Part shown: one piece after another, positions 29,832 through 39,212 of the stretch
Position numbering within the stretch: position 1 is the stretch's first letter
Layout: each line of letters opens with the position of its first letter
NCBI GenBank assembly: GCA_963702025.1
Contig: OY969699.1
Span: forward strand, 960,001-1,024,000
Direction of reading: 5' to 3'
Length of the DNA: 64,000 bases
From: an uncultured bacterium
GTDB lineage: Bacteria > Babelota > Babeliae > Babelales > Vermiphilaceae
Notes under the pieces: model-generated
What the model was told of the DNA's origin: nothing
Database searches by the model: none
The model's input: only the letters and a program-made list of their open reading frames with translations
Made by a program: the position numbers and the translations under genes

Positions 29832-30129
29832 GGCGGCCTCCAAACTTTTTGTGAGGAAACAATTCTCTGGTTTTGATGCCGATAGCCGCGCACATTTCAT
29901 TAATGGTACAGCCTTGAGAAAAACATTTCATGAGAATAGTGCCATCTGATGCTTCACTGATAGAGAAGCTGGGATTGCGGTCATCATGCGCGGGGCAACA
30001 CATAGAATAACCACGGGAAGTTGGCTTAGGTCGAGAACCATTTTTTCTTGTAATTGCCGCAATAATTTCTTGCAGTTTTGAAGAAAGGATTTGTTGTGAA
30101 TTGTAGCAGTTTTTGCTATAATTTATCAT
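29821..30129 (-). CDS. Stand-alone primase zinc-binding domain (CHC2-like)
   Basis: CCPAHDDRNPSFSI...KCFSQGC; AGGA RBS. Confidence 0.85.
   Translation of the reverse strand: MINYSKNCYNSQQILSSKLQEIIAAITRKNGSRPKPTSRGYSMCCPAHDDRNPSFSISEASDGTILMKCFSQGCTINEMCAAIGIKTRELFPHKKFGGRRGY
30094..30122 (+). promoter_or_regulatory. Antisense sigma70 promoter inside the primase Zn-domain gene
   Basis: TTGTGA-N17-TATAAT with extended -10 TG. Confidence 0.6.
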
Positions 30130-30177
30130 ATTAAATTCCTATATTATATTGGCCGGCAGCAACCGGTCTTTTTTTTT
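30129..30177 (+). ncRNA. Putative ~50-nt counter-transcript complementary to the primase translation initiation region
   Basis: Promoter upstream; terminator GGCCGG-cagcaa-CCGGTC-T9 at 30151-30177; no + strand ORF here. Confidence 0.55.
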
Positions 30178-30196
30178 AACTTTTTTTATCGCATTA

Positions 30197-30376
30197 TCAC
30201 TTACTGTTTTCTTTTGTTTTTTGCCCTCCACTTTCTTTCAATGCTTTTTGCTTGTGGCGTTGAGATACCTTGTATAACAAACCGAAAAATCCCAGGAGAT
30301 TCTCATTTGGGCTCTCTTGATTGGCCAGCGGGGGAATGACGAGTTTGAGGTTCTTGGGAATTCTTTGGTTCTTCAT
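30197..30376 (-). CDS. Small hypothetical protein of the element
   Basis: MKNQRIP...NLLGFFGLLYKVSQR; co-oriented with the replication genes; start uncertain. Confidence 0.55.
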   Translation of the reverse strand: MKNQRIPKNLKLVIPPLANQESPNENLLGFFGLLYKVSQRHKQKALKESGGQKTKENSK

Positions 30377-30547
30377 GATTAAAAGTCTGAGCCTAAAAAA
30401 AATATCCCACCTTTTTAGATTGAAAAGTTTTGCATTTGATTTATGGATCATGAATTACGCAAGTTATTTTTTGTTTTTTTTCTCGCTATCAACCAAAATT
30501 TAAGTTAAATTTGTTACTGTTTTGTAATGTTTGGGGTAGGGAATACA

Positions 30548-32188
30548 ATGAAAGAATGCTGTAAATTTGATTGTGATAAATTAAGTGCGCCTATTAGGGT
30601 GTTGAGCTATTATGTGGCTCTCTTTTATTCAGAAAAGGCTGATGATATACGATGCGAAATACTTGCCGGTAAGATATTGCCGTTGATTGAGCAGATTCGT
30701 CCTCATTTGCATAAAGAATGGCTTGAAGAAAAAGAAGAGCATGTAGATGAATCGGAATCGCTTTATGAAAAGGCGCTCTTAGATATTAAAAATGTTTTTA
30801 GCGTGTTGAGGCAGCGGGTAGTAAGCGCTGGATTGCTAGAGAACGAAAAAATTAAGCAATCCGTGTGTATCGCTGATGCTAGGTTTGAATTCCGCCCGGC
30901 AAGTGAAAATGCATTTATCAAAAATTCTCCTGCTACGGGAAAACCTGAATGGATTTGTTCTAATTGTGGGCAAAGCAAAGAAATGCATAGAGTATGGGCA
31001 CTCCCTTCATATGCCCATTGCCTGTATGAGGCAGTTCAATTTTTGTGTAATGCGCTTGTAGAGTTACGACGGGAAGATCTTATTAATGACTTTGCAGAAA
31101 TTGAATATGTTGATCGCTATCGATATGTGCCTAAGCCTCCAAAAAAAACGCTACAGGAGTATTTTTGTGCTAATTGTTGTTGGATATTCAATGACGATTC
31201 GGCTCCTAAAGATGAAGAAGGTAATCCTATTCCCTTTGATAGGCTAGATAAAAATTGGAAGCATCCTAACTGTGAAAGTCTTCTTGAGAGTTTTCGGATG
31301 TACCAAGATACAATTCTGTACAGAGAGCCTGTCCTATTCGGATTAACTTTTTTTGTATCTTTGAGAAAATTTGAAGATCATAGAAACCTTCTTATAACGG
31401 TGAATAAAAAGCCTTCTGAAATCCCGACTTGGGTAGCATATGAAACCATTTGGCGTATCCAGTGGGCTCTAGAAACTCCGCGTGATTATTTTAGAAAAAA
31501 AGGACTATGCTTTAAAAATCCAAGTTCAGTGACATGTGAAAAAAGTGCTTCAGTATTGGGGCAGCATAGTTTATGGAGTGAAGTAAAAACTTCCCAAAAC
31601 AAAAATCGAAATAAGAATAAAAAGAAACGCAAATATACTTTTATAGGTGCAGATAACAAACCTATAGAACTTTCTGCTGTTAAAGATGTACCTTTTTTTC
31701 TTGATAAAGAACGAGTTAATCAAAGCTTATCAATCGTGCTTAAGGAAATAGGAGCTCCGCTTGAAGGAATATCTTGCGACTGTGACTATACGTTTCCTAG
31801 AAATATTGAATTAGGGTTTGAGGGTGAATATCGTTTATGTCTAAGTATAGAATGGGTGCCAGGCATATTTGAAATCTTACAATTGCATTCATTTCAGTTT
31901 AGTGATGCAAACATTAGACATGATTTTATTAAAAAGCTTTATAATAATCCCGGAATCCTTGTTAAAAACCCTTTAGATGTTTACGGCATTAATGCGAAGC
32001 AATATTTAGAACGTATTGGGATTACCGGTATACTGGATAAGTTGTTCATTGCTCAAAAAATGAAGACGGACGCCGTCCTTAGAGCTAATCGAGTTGATCT
32101 TACAAAAGAATCAGCTGGGACAAGAAAAAAAATTTGTAAGTTTACGCAGGGATTAACCACTATTCGTTGGCGTCATTATTCTTTTTAA
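30548..32188 (+). CDS. Large Cys-rich hypothetical protein
   Basis: ~546-aa ORF; CSNC, CANCC motifs; basic stretch KNRNKNKKKRK. Confidence 0.8.
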   Translation: MKECCKFDCDKLSAPIRVLSYYVALFYSEKADDIRCEILAGKILPLIEQIRPHLHKEWLEEKEEHVDESESLYEKALLDIKNVFSVLRQRVVSAGLLENEKIKQSVCIADARFEFRPASENAFIKNSPATGKPEWICSNCGQSKEMHRVWALPSYAHCLYEAVQFLCNALVELRREDLINDFAEIEYVDRYRYVPKPPKKTLQEYFCANCCWIFNDDSAPKDEEGNPIPFDRLDKNWKHPNCESLLESFRMYQDTILYREPVLFGLTFFVSLRKFEDHRNLLITVNKKPSEIPTWVAYETIWRIQWALETPRDYFRKKGLCFKNPSSVTCEKSASVLGQHSLWSEVKTSQNKNRNKNKKKRKYTFIGADNKPIELSAVKDVPFFLDKERVNQSLSIVLKEIGAPLEGISCDCDYTFPRNIELGFEGEYRLCLSIEWVPGIFEILQLHSFQFSDANIRHDFIKKLYNNPGILVKNPLDVYGINAKQYLERIGITGILDKLFIAQKMKTDAVLRANRVDLTKESAGTRKKICKFTQGLTTIRWRHYSF

Positions 32189-32240
32189 AATCGTCTTTCG
32201 TTATGGTATTATAAAATAATACACATAAAGGAGGAACAAA

Positions 32241-32879
32241 ATGACCGTTACTAAAATTGCCAACCCAATATCAGTAGAGCAAGAACGAATAGATAAGTGG
32301 GAACAGCAAAAAGCAAAAGAATCTCCCAGCTTTTCTTATGAACAATCTATTGATCCTAACGCTAACGGTGATAAGAAAGTTCAGCTCAGAACTACCCTGG
32401 AAAAAAAAGATCTAACCTCTGCTCAGCGTAATAAATTGCATCTGGCAAATTACTGTGCGATTTCCGGATCTGGTAGTTTGGAAGTGGGCCACATGCTGTT
32501 CGAGCAAACCATGAAGGGATTCTTCAGTGCTGAGGACTATGCTCAAGTTGCAAATGCAATAAACTCTGCACTTTTATCGATGGCCCCTGCTGATATTATC
32601 GAGGGCCAATTATGTGCCAGGCTGTTAGTTCTGAATAACCAAATAGCCGAATACATGAGCAGAGCAGCTTTTTCTACCCAGACATCTGAAGGCAGAGATT
32701 TGAATATCAATCGAGCAACTAAGCTTATGCGTGTCTATAATGAAACCTTAGAAACGCTCAATAAATATAGGCGCAAGGGCACGCAAACATTAACGGTTCA
32801 ACATGTTAATGTGGAAAATGGTGGGCAAGCAATTGTTGCCGGTCAATTGAACCCGGGTGGGACCAATGAAAAAAAGTGA
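32241..32879 (+). CDS. Phage/MGE-type hypothetical protein
   Basis: AGGAGG RBS; C-terminal LNKYRRKGTQTLTVQHVNVENGGQAIV; precedes the HGGxSTG gene. Confidence 0.8.
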   Translation: MTVTKIANPISVEQERIDKWEQQKAKESPSFSYEQSIDPNANGDKKVQLRTTLEKKDLTSAQRNKLHLANYCAISGSGSLEVGHMLFEQTMKGFFSAEDYAQVANAINSALLSMAPADIIEGQLCARLLVLNNQIAEYMSRAAFSTQTSEGRDLNINRATKLMRVYNETLETLNKYRRKGTQTLTVQHVNVENGGQAIVAGQLNPGGTNEKK

Positions 32880-32890
32880 AGGAGTAGCCC

Positions 32891-33139
32891 ATGTTCGCAA
32901 AATTATGCGGTGCAAAAGCGAGAACTAATAATCATCAACCATGTCGCCAGCCAGCTATGTTAACCAATGGCCGCTGCAGATTACATGGTGGTAAATCATC
33001 GGGTGCAAAGACTTCTGAGGGTAAAATAAAGTCGGCCCAAGCAAATTTGAAAAACGGCAATTATACTCATCATGCAATATGGGAACGTAAAAAAATGCGC
33101 ATGATGATGAAGTGGCGCAATGATTTAGAATTGGGGTAA
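32891..33139 (+). CDS. HGGxSTG domain protein
   Basis: CGAKAR...PCRQPAM..GRCRLHGGKSSG. Confidence 0.9.
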   Translation: MFAKLCGAKARTNNHQPCRQPAMLTNGRCRLHGGKSSGAKTSEGKIKSAQANLKNGNYTHHAIWERKKMRMMMKWRNDLELG

Positions 33140-33241
33140 TACGATGACAGAATTGCACCCTCGGCAAAGAACCTGAAAATGAATATTGCATGCCTGATCC
33201 GCTAAATAATTACTAATAGAAATTATTGGTTGAGCTGGGAA

Positions 33242-33270
33242 TTGACTATCTATGTTATTGATGCTATAAT
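33242..33270 (+). promoter_or_regulatory. Near-consensus sigma70 promoter for the 33319 gene
   Basis: TTGACT-N17-TATAAT with extended -10 TG. Confidence 0.7.
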
Positions 33271-33318
33271 TCATATGAATGTGTAAATAGGTCTCAATTT
33301 ACGTTTTGGCGGTTATCT

Positions 33319-34278
33319 ATGAAACAAATCATATTCCTTCTTTTTTTCATCATCCTACCAAGTCAATATGCTTTGGCAGATTTCTTTGCTTTCAGAAAAT
33401 TAGTACATCCACAAACAAAAAATGCCGTGTATCTATTGTATGCTACGCATGCCAGTATTATCGGGGATTCTTCACGAGAAGAAACGTTGTTAGCAGAGAT
33501 AGATTTACTTGTTGATGAGATGGCCAGTAATGCTCAAAGAAGAGAGAATTTTTTTGATGCGTGTAAGCATCGCCAGGAATCTCTGGAAAAGATTACCAAT
33601 AAACTTAACCTTTTACGCAACAACAAACCAAATCTCGTCAAACAACACAATGATCTTGCAGAGGTTGTTAAAAAACAGCAAATATCTTTAATCAATGAAG
33701 ATTGGAGCGATTTAGAACAGAAGCTTATGTTATTCCCTTTCGGTGGCGATTTTAGAAACTATTATGTATGTCCCATTCTGGGATATCAAGAAAAACATAA
33801 TGATCATGTGTACCAAGTAAATGTTTCTCCTCTATTGGGGATGGGTAAAACAGTTACCGGTAAGTTCACTGAATGTAAGTTTGTTCCTGTTGACAATGCT
33901 TTTTATTATAACCCTGATCGAAGAAATTGCCTTTTTGCCAAATGCCATTATCAGGGAGGCACGCAAGAGGTCGATGAGAATACCTTGTATGCAATTAACG
34001 AGTTATTCACGGAATATCATCAAACCAGGGTTGTTGTTGCAGAAGGATATAACCATTGTATAGCTATTGCGCATGAATTGGTTACCAATCAAGGGTATGT
34101 TGCAGAAAAAATATTCGTTGCCCCTGAGTTGGCAATACAGCACAACGGTGATCTTGCACTGTTTCTTGCGGCACTAGAGAATAATGATTCAATTCAAACA
34201 GAGCGCATAGAAGAGAGTTATCCTGCATTAACGTATACACTTATTGCGAGTCCCTTGGATATTGAAACTCTTTTTTAA
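33319..34278 (+). CDS. Secreted hypothetical protein
   Basis: Signal peptide ...QYALA|D; 319 aa. Confidence 0.8.
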   Translation: MKQIIFLLFFIILPSQYALADFFAFRKLVHPQTKNAVYLLYATHASIIGDSSREETLLAEIDLLVDEMASNAQRRENFFDACKHRQESLEKITNKLNLLRNNKPNLVKQHNDLAEVVKKQQISLINEDWSDLEQKLMLFPFGGDFRNYYVCPILGYQEKHNDHVYQVNVSPLLGMGKTVTGKFTECKFVPVDNAFYYNPDRRNCLFAKCHYQGGTQEVDENTLYAINELFTEYHQTRVVVAEGYNHCIAIAHELVTNQGYVAEKIFVAPELAIQHNGDLALFLAALENNDSIQTERIEESYPALTYTLIASPLDIETLF

Positions 34279-34439
34279 AAAATGGATATAAAAATCAATA
34301 ATCAATTGTTAGTGACTAAAAAGATTTGAGTTTGGTAGTCTATAACTACAGAATCTGAATTTCATAAAAAATGCCTCAATGGATCTGCCAATAAAAAGGT
34401 TAATTTTTGTAGGGTATGTATAGAAAGGGGGAAATTAAG

Positions 34440-34880
34440 ATGTCTAAAAACAAGATCAAGAAACCATTATTTGGTAAAGAACCGGAAACTGAAGAGGAAT
34501 TCCAAGCGTTGGGCAATACCTTGGTGCTCTGGGCAGAAAAAGAAAGCTCGCTCAATATTGATGAATTTCCCTTGAGCCATCGGATATTGCCTGAAAAATT
34601 AAAAGAGTTTGCGAAAAAATCAGATTATTTTGATCGAGCTCTGCAGTTTGCTCTTTCAGTTATTGGTACGCGCCGAGAACGGCTTGCGATGGAGGGTAAG
34701 ATTAATCAACGAATCGTTCTTGCAACGATGCCGCTTTATGATTCTACCTATAAAAATTGGATACTTAATTTGAAAAATCCGGAAGAGAGTGCGCAGCCTA
34801 CCACCTTGAACGTTTATATGGGGGATTTATCATCAGGTGATGCTACTCTAGAAACCTCATATACTATTCCAAAACGTTGA
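34440..34880 (+). CDS. Terminase small subunit-like protein (tentative)
   Basis: Short helical protein; LKEFAKKSDYFDRALQFALSVIGTRRERLAMEGKIN resembles the oligomerisation helices of P22 gp3-type TerS. Confidence 0.45.
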   Translation: MSKNKIKKPLFGKEPETEEEFQALGNTLVLWAEKESSLNIDEFPLSHRILPEKLKEFAKKSDYFDRALQFALSVIGTRRERLAMEGKINQRIVLATMPLYDSTYKNWILNLKNPEESAQPTTLNVYMGDLSSGDATLETSYTIPKR

Positions 34881-34896
34881 TAAAGGGGATCTGATA

Positions 34897-35910
34897 ATGA
34901 AATTCAGTTCAAGATATTTGATTTTTTCAACCATGTTCTCTTTTTGTATGAGTAGTGCTGGAACTATCATTTTTTTGAATGGTACATCATCTGCCGGTAA
35001 ATCATCAATAAGACGCGCCTTGCCAGCTTTGCTTGAGGACCATACGGAGATTGTAGATATTGATCAGGTAGCATTAGAGATGTTGCAAACAATAATTAAA
35101 GAACGGCATTATATGCCTGATAAGAATCTTGATATATTTTCCTTGGTTGCGAGCGTACCTGAAAGTATTTTAAGCAAACAAGACGTTATTGACCTTTATC
35201 CGGCAGCTCAAAAAAAGGCTTATGAACTAATAAGAAAATTTTTTTTAGAAGGAAAGAACGTCATAACGGAGACCGTTGTTTTTGGTTACTATGATACTCG
35301 CCAATGTTTGGACGCCTTACATGACTTACCAGTGATGTTTGCTTTTGTCTATTGTTCGCCAAAAATTCTTCTAAAACATGTTTTAGAGCGAAACCAATTA
35401 GATGATAAAGGTGAACATCGGGATATTCTTATTCCCTTTACACATTTTTTGGATGTCTGTAAAAAGCAGGAAGAAGGGGATTATCGTATTGATACCATGA
35501 CTAGGGAAGGTATTAATGCATTATTCGATTCTATTTCCCTTAACATGAACTGTGATTGTCAAAACGAAGAATTATCCGGAGCCATACATTCATTGCATGC
35601 TAGATTCATATCTACTTTTAAATTGCATGAAAAATCAGAGGTGGGGATATCTCCTATACTGAACTATGATTGCATTATTAATACAGAGGCAATGAGCTCT
35701 CAAGAATGCGCAGAACAGATTTTACGTGATGCCCATTTTTCAAAGAAAAATGCACTTGAGAGAAATTATAATATTATGAAGGATATCCCTGTTTCTGGCG
35801 ATGAACGATCCAGCTTAGAATATTCGGGTTATACCATATGGCAAAAGGCAAAGACTTATTCAAAAACTAATCATGATATCCTGCATAGCAATTATATAAA
35901 AAACTTTTGA
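34897..35910 (+). CDS. Secreted P-loop kinase (chloramphenicol phosphotransferase-like)
   Basis: IIFLNGTSSAGKSS; signal peptide. Confidence 0.8.
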   Translation: MKFSSRYLIFSTMFSFCMSSAGTIIFLNGTSSAGKSSIRRALPALLEDHTEIVDIDQVALEMLQTIIKERHYMPDKNLDIFSLVASVPESILSKQDVIDLYPAAQKKAYELIRKFFLEGKNVITETVVFGYYDTRQCLDALHDLPVMFAFVYCSPKILLKHVLERNQLDDKGEHRDILIPFTHFLDVCKKQEEGDYRIDTMTREGINALFDSISLNMNCDCQNEELSGAIHSLHARFISTFKLHEKSEVGISPILNYDCIINTEAMSSQECAEQILRDAHFSKKNALERNYNIMKDIPVSGDERSSLEYSGYTIWQKAKTYSKTNHDILHSNYIKNF

Positions 35911-36004
35911 ATAACAGCAAGAAGAGATCTTATTTAAACTTTTTTAAAGAATTCTTTGCGTTCTGGCGATGAAAGAGCGTCTATTGGTTTAGGCATGCTG
36001 AATC

Positions 36005-36508
36005 TTACTCTGTTTTGAAGTTAAATACTTCATTAATCTCTTTAATAAGGCCATTATCATCACAAATCAGTTTTTTGATTACCACAATAGTACCTTTCTT
36101 TTGAGTGTGTATCTGAAAATGAGCAATCACCATGTTTTCTTCTACATTTGCTATCGGTAAATCTTCATCAAGAACAGACCAGATCCCAAGGTCTTTTTTT
36201 GCTTCGCAAATCTGTTCGTGGAGGCCTTCTATTGTTGTTGCCACCGGGGTTCTTCCCTGAAGATCATGACAGGTATTTACAAATTTCTTAATGTCGGGTG
36301 TAAAAAGTGCCTTCATGGTGGGTAGTAAATCGCATGTTTCTTTTCGACCGAATTGACTTAAAAATTCTCGATAACGTTCTGAAACCGCTTTTAATGATTT
36401 GGCTTTTGCAGCATACGTTTCATAAAATTCAGCCTTTTGAGGCTCCATTGAAACGCAAGAGCTTTGCAATAAAATAATAGATACTAATGATAAAATTGTT
36501 TTATTCAT
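36005..36508 (-). CDS. Secreted hypothetical protein, possibly NTF2/SnoaL-like
   Basis: Signal peptide; LFTPDIKKFVN...GLIKEINEVF. Confidence 0.7.
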   Translation of the reverse strand: MNKTILSLVSIILLQSSCVSMEPQKAEFYETYAAKAKSLKAVSERYREFLSQFGRKETCDLLPTMKALFTPDIKKFVNTCHDLQGRTPVATTIEGLHEQICEAKKDLGIWSVLDEDLPIANVEENMVIAHFQIHTQKKGTIVVIKKLICDDNGLIKEINEVFNFKTE

Positions 36509-36586
36509 AAAATACTCCCGATACAGAAGGCTGAAAATAGGTACTATTTAATAGTAGTGATAAAATTTCTCTCTATCAAGATACGA

Positions 36587-36949
36587 TTAACGATCGGCTT
36601 TATCCATTAAAAGCATCTTTATTCTGTTGGGTAAATCAGCTTTACCGGCTCCATACATGATGCCACCGATAGCCACTGCTATCCCGCCCCATTGAAATGT
36701 TTGATTACGTGTTCCTAAATATATATTGCGATCATTGGGGTTTAATGCAACTTTTCCTGCACCATGCAGCAGGCCGGAAAGAACTAAAAGAATAGATCCA
36801 CATCCAGCAATTGCTTTACCGCCATCAACCCACTCCGAATTTTTGTGGTAATTACTTTTTAAGATTCGATTATTTGAGTTCATTTGATGCGATAGAGGGT
36901 ACGTGGTAAGGGAAAAAAAGATGCCAAGAAATAAGAATTTATTATTCAT
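36587..36949 (-). CDS. Small membrane protein
   Basis: Signal peptide plus two Gly-rich hydrophobic helices. Confidence 0.6.
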   Translation of the reverse strand: MNNKFLFLGIFFSLTTYPLSHQMNSNNRILKSNYHKNSEWVDGGKAIAGCGSILLVLSGLLHGAGKVALNPNDRNIYLGTRNQTFQWGGIAVAIGGIMYGAGKADLPNRIKMLLMDKADR

Positions 36950-37012
36950 TAAAACCCATGAGTGAATCTGGATTATTAAAAGGGTAAAATGCAATAAACT
37001 TATAATAATGAA

Positions 37013-37609
37013 TCATAGATGTGCTTCTTTAGATTGTAATGCAATTTTATAGACAACTGCTGGGTATGAATGAAACGTTTCTTCTTTCCAAAATTGAAAT
37101 CCGGTTTTTTGAGCAACATTAATTGATGCTGAATGAGATGCTGCGGTAATGAGAACAAGCTCCGGCATTTTAAGCACATCGCAGGCATAATCTCTTATTG
37201 CGCATGCGGCTTCAGTTGCATATCCGCTGCCCCAATATTTTTTGGCAATTTTATACCCCAAATCGATGTATTTCTTTCCATCTCCAAGAGATTGCATGCC
37301 TAGTCCACAATAGCCGATCAAAGCCTTATCGTCTTTTTTAATAAGGGCATAGCGGCCCCAGCCATAATCTTTATACGATTTGAGGAGTTTCTTGTGAAGG
37401 TAGTTGTTAATTTCTTCCGGAGTTAAAGGACCGGTTATCGAATAAGTCATTACGTCTTTGTCACTTAAGATTGGTATAAGGGATGGAGCATCCTCGGGTG
37501 TTAAATACCTAATCTGTAAACGTTGGGTTTCTAAAAGAAGATGGCTTTGTTCCATAGCCACAAGAAAAGTTGTCAGAGAAAGAAGAGAGGTAACATATAA
37601 AATTTTCAT
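37013..37609 (-). CDS. GNAT acetyltransferase (RimJ/RimL type) with signal peptide
   Basis: LETQRLQIR, LIGYCG, YWGSGYATEAA. Confidence 0.92.
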   Translation of the reverse strand: MKILYVTSLLSLTTFLVAMEQSHLLLETQRLQIRYLTPEDAPSLIPILSDKDVMTYSITGPLTPEEINNYLHKKLLKSYKDYGWGRYALIKKDDKALIGYCGLGMQSLGDGKKYIDLGYKIAKKYWGSGYATEAACAIRDYACDVLKMPELVLITAASHSASINVAQKTGFQFWKEETFHSYPAVVYKIALQSKEAHL

Positions 37610-37644
37610 AGTTGTCCTTGAGTGTTTGAATTCTTTTGCTGAAA

Positions 37645-38151
37645 TTATAGCTTTTCTTCTTTTTCCAAAATATCAAATGCTTTATGTGCCGCTTCATAGA
37701 GCCCATTAGTGATATCACCGGGCTTTAGAATCAAATGGACTTCATCACGTCTAATCCATTTATATGCAATTGCTTTGCCTTCTTCCAGTTTAAATTGTCC
37801 TTCAGCTTCAATCAAATAAACCATATCTTTTACCAGCTTTTGATCATAAGACCAATAAAATTCATGCAGTTTGGCTACTATTTGAACCAATTGCATGTTT
37901 CCTTCCTCAAGCAGTTCACGCTTGATGCACTCTTCAATACTTTCGCCCGGTTCTAGGTGGCCGCCCAAAAATTCCCAGCAATAGGGGAACAATTTCCGAG
38001 AGCCAGATCGTTGTTGAATTAATATCGTTTTATCCTGCTTGTTAGCCACAATAAAATCGATCACAGTCTGCTGGTGTTCATTTTCAGAAACGGTATTTTG
38101 CTTTTCTTGAGTATAGGGAAGATGGTGAATGGTAGTTTTATCTATTTTCAT
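37645..38151 (-). CDS. NUDIX hydrolase
   Basis: GGHLEPGESIEECIKRELLEEG. Confidence 0.92.
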   Translation of the reverse strand: MKIDKTTIHHLPYTQEKQNTVSENEHQQTVIDFIVANKQDKTILIQQRSGSRKLFPYCWEFLGGHLEPGESIEECIKRELLEEGNMQLVQIVAKLHEFYWSYDQKLVKDMVYLIEAEGQFKLEEGKAIAYKWIRRDEVHLILKPGDITNGLYEAAHKAFDILEKEEKL

Positions 38152-38394
38152 AGGAGTCTGTTGAGTTTTTGATAGTTTGAAAGCTGAAATATGATAACAT
38201 CGAAAAAAAAGACTGCAAAATTTTTAATTAATTTCTTTTTTATGTAAAATATCTAAACAACCTTCAAGCACGTCCAACAGGAAGCAGAAACTGCATTTAA
38301 AAAATAGGTATATTTTGCTGAATGGGCAACAGAAAATAAAGCAAGAATTGAAACTTTAACAGCGAAATTTCGCAAGTAATTAAGGATTATTGTT

Positions 38395-38772
38395 ATGAAA
38401 AAATTATTATTTCTTTTGCTCTCCCTTGCGTCAATAATTGCAGCAGATGAGCTGCAAAGCGTTTCTCCAACACTTGAAGAAATATCAACATCTAAAATTG
38501 TTGAAATTACTATTAAATGCCTCCCTGAAGGCAGTGATTTTAATGCAAAAGCGTGGCAAGAAATTATTGTTAACGTGAATGATCTGATCAATAAATGTTT
38601 CGCATCAGACAAAGATGAAGTAACGAGTGAGGAAGTCTTTGCAGAACTCCATAAAACGATCGATTTTATTCGTGAAAGAACCGATGCGAATCAAGGGATT
38701 CGTGGCATTTTAGAAATTCATTTAGGACAACCGCCAGCTGAAAATGAAAATACTTCCGACTCAAAGCTTTAA
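38395..38772 (+). CDS. Secreted hypothetical protein; resembles the N-terminal domain of the 39209 ORF
   Basis: Signal peptide; PT.E...EI..K...W....DL..K pattern shared. Confidence 0.75.
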   Translation: MKKLLFLLLSLASIIAADELQSVSPTLEEISTSKIVEITIKCLPEGSDFNAKAWQEIIVNVNDLINKCFASDKDEVTSEEVFAELHKTIDFIRERTDANQGIRGILEIHLGQPPAENENTSDSKL

Positions 38773-38792
38773 TTTAAAAAACGAGGAATCAT

Positions 38793-39212
38793 ATGGTCAG
38801 AAAAATAATACTAATAATGATTTGCACTATGACCGCTCATGCGATGGAAAATCCTACTCAAGAACAAAAAATAGCCATTGAGGCGATTCGCATGCAATTA
38901 TTGAATGTTTGTCAAAAAGCTTTGCCGGTAATAAAAAAATATACACCTGAAAATGGAGCAATGTTGCATGGATGTACAGAGCTAGCGCTTTCTCAAAAAT
39001 TGTCTTTTGATATTCTAAAATCATGTTATGAAACATTAAAAACATTGGTAGAATCAATTAATCCACGAGAACGCAGATGCGGCTGCCGAAAGTATGATAG
39101 TAGTTTACGACATCCTCCTTGCTCATTTAGAGATCAACGTGCCAAAGCACATTTAGAATTAGAAGCACTATTACAAAAAGTTCGTATAAATAAAAATATG
39201 GATACTATATGA
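38793..39212 (+). CDS. Secreted hypothetical protein
   Basis: GAGG RBS; ...TAHA|MENP. Confidence 0.75.
   Translation: MVRKIILIMICTMTAHAMENPTQEQKIAIEAIRMQLLNVCQKALPVIKKYTPENGAMLHGCTELALSQKLSFDILKSCYETLKTLVESINPRERRCGCRKYDSSLRHPPCSFRDQRAKAHLELEALLQKVRINKNMDTI

Larger units (their letters stand above)
26550..34880. mobile_element. Integrative, phage-satellite-like element at tRNA-Gln (right boundary uncertain)
   Basis: Serine integrase abutting the tRNA, HTH, primase-helicase, HGGxSTG protein, TerS-like gene; no capsid, portal or TerL recognised. Confidence 0.75.

Noticed and set aside
29840..29856. Programmed -1 frameshift (C AAA AAG) joining the Zn domain to the primase-helicase
   Set aside because: Fusion needs a +1 shift, and the downstream ORF has its own GGAGG-GTG start.
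26550..34880. Complete prophage or ICE
   Set aside because: No structural, lysis, TerL, relaxase or T4SS genes recognised in the window.
37355..37364. GCCCCAGCCA matching the tRNA 3' end
   Set aside because: Lies inside an intact GNAT coding sequence; likely chance.
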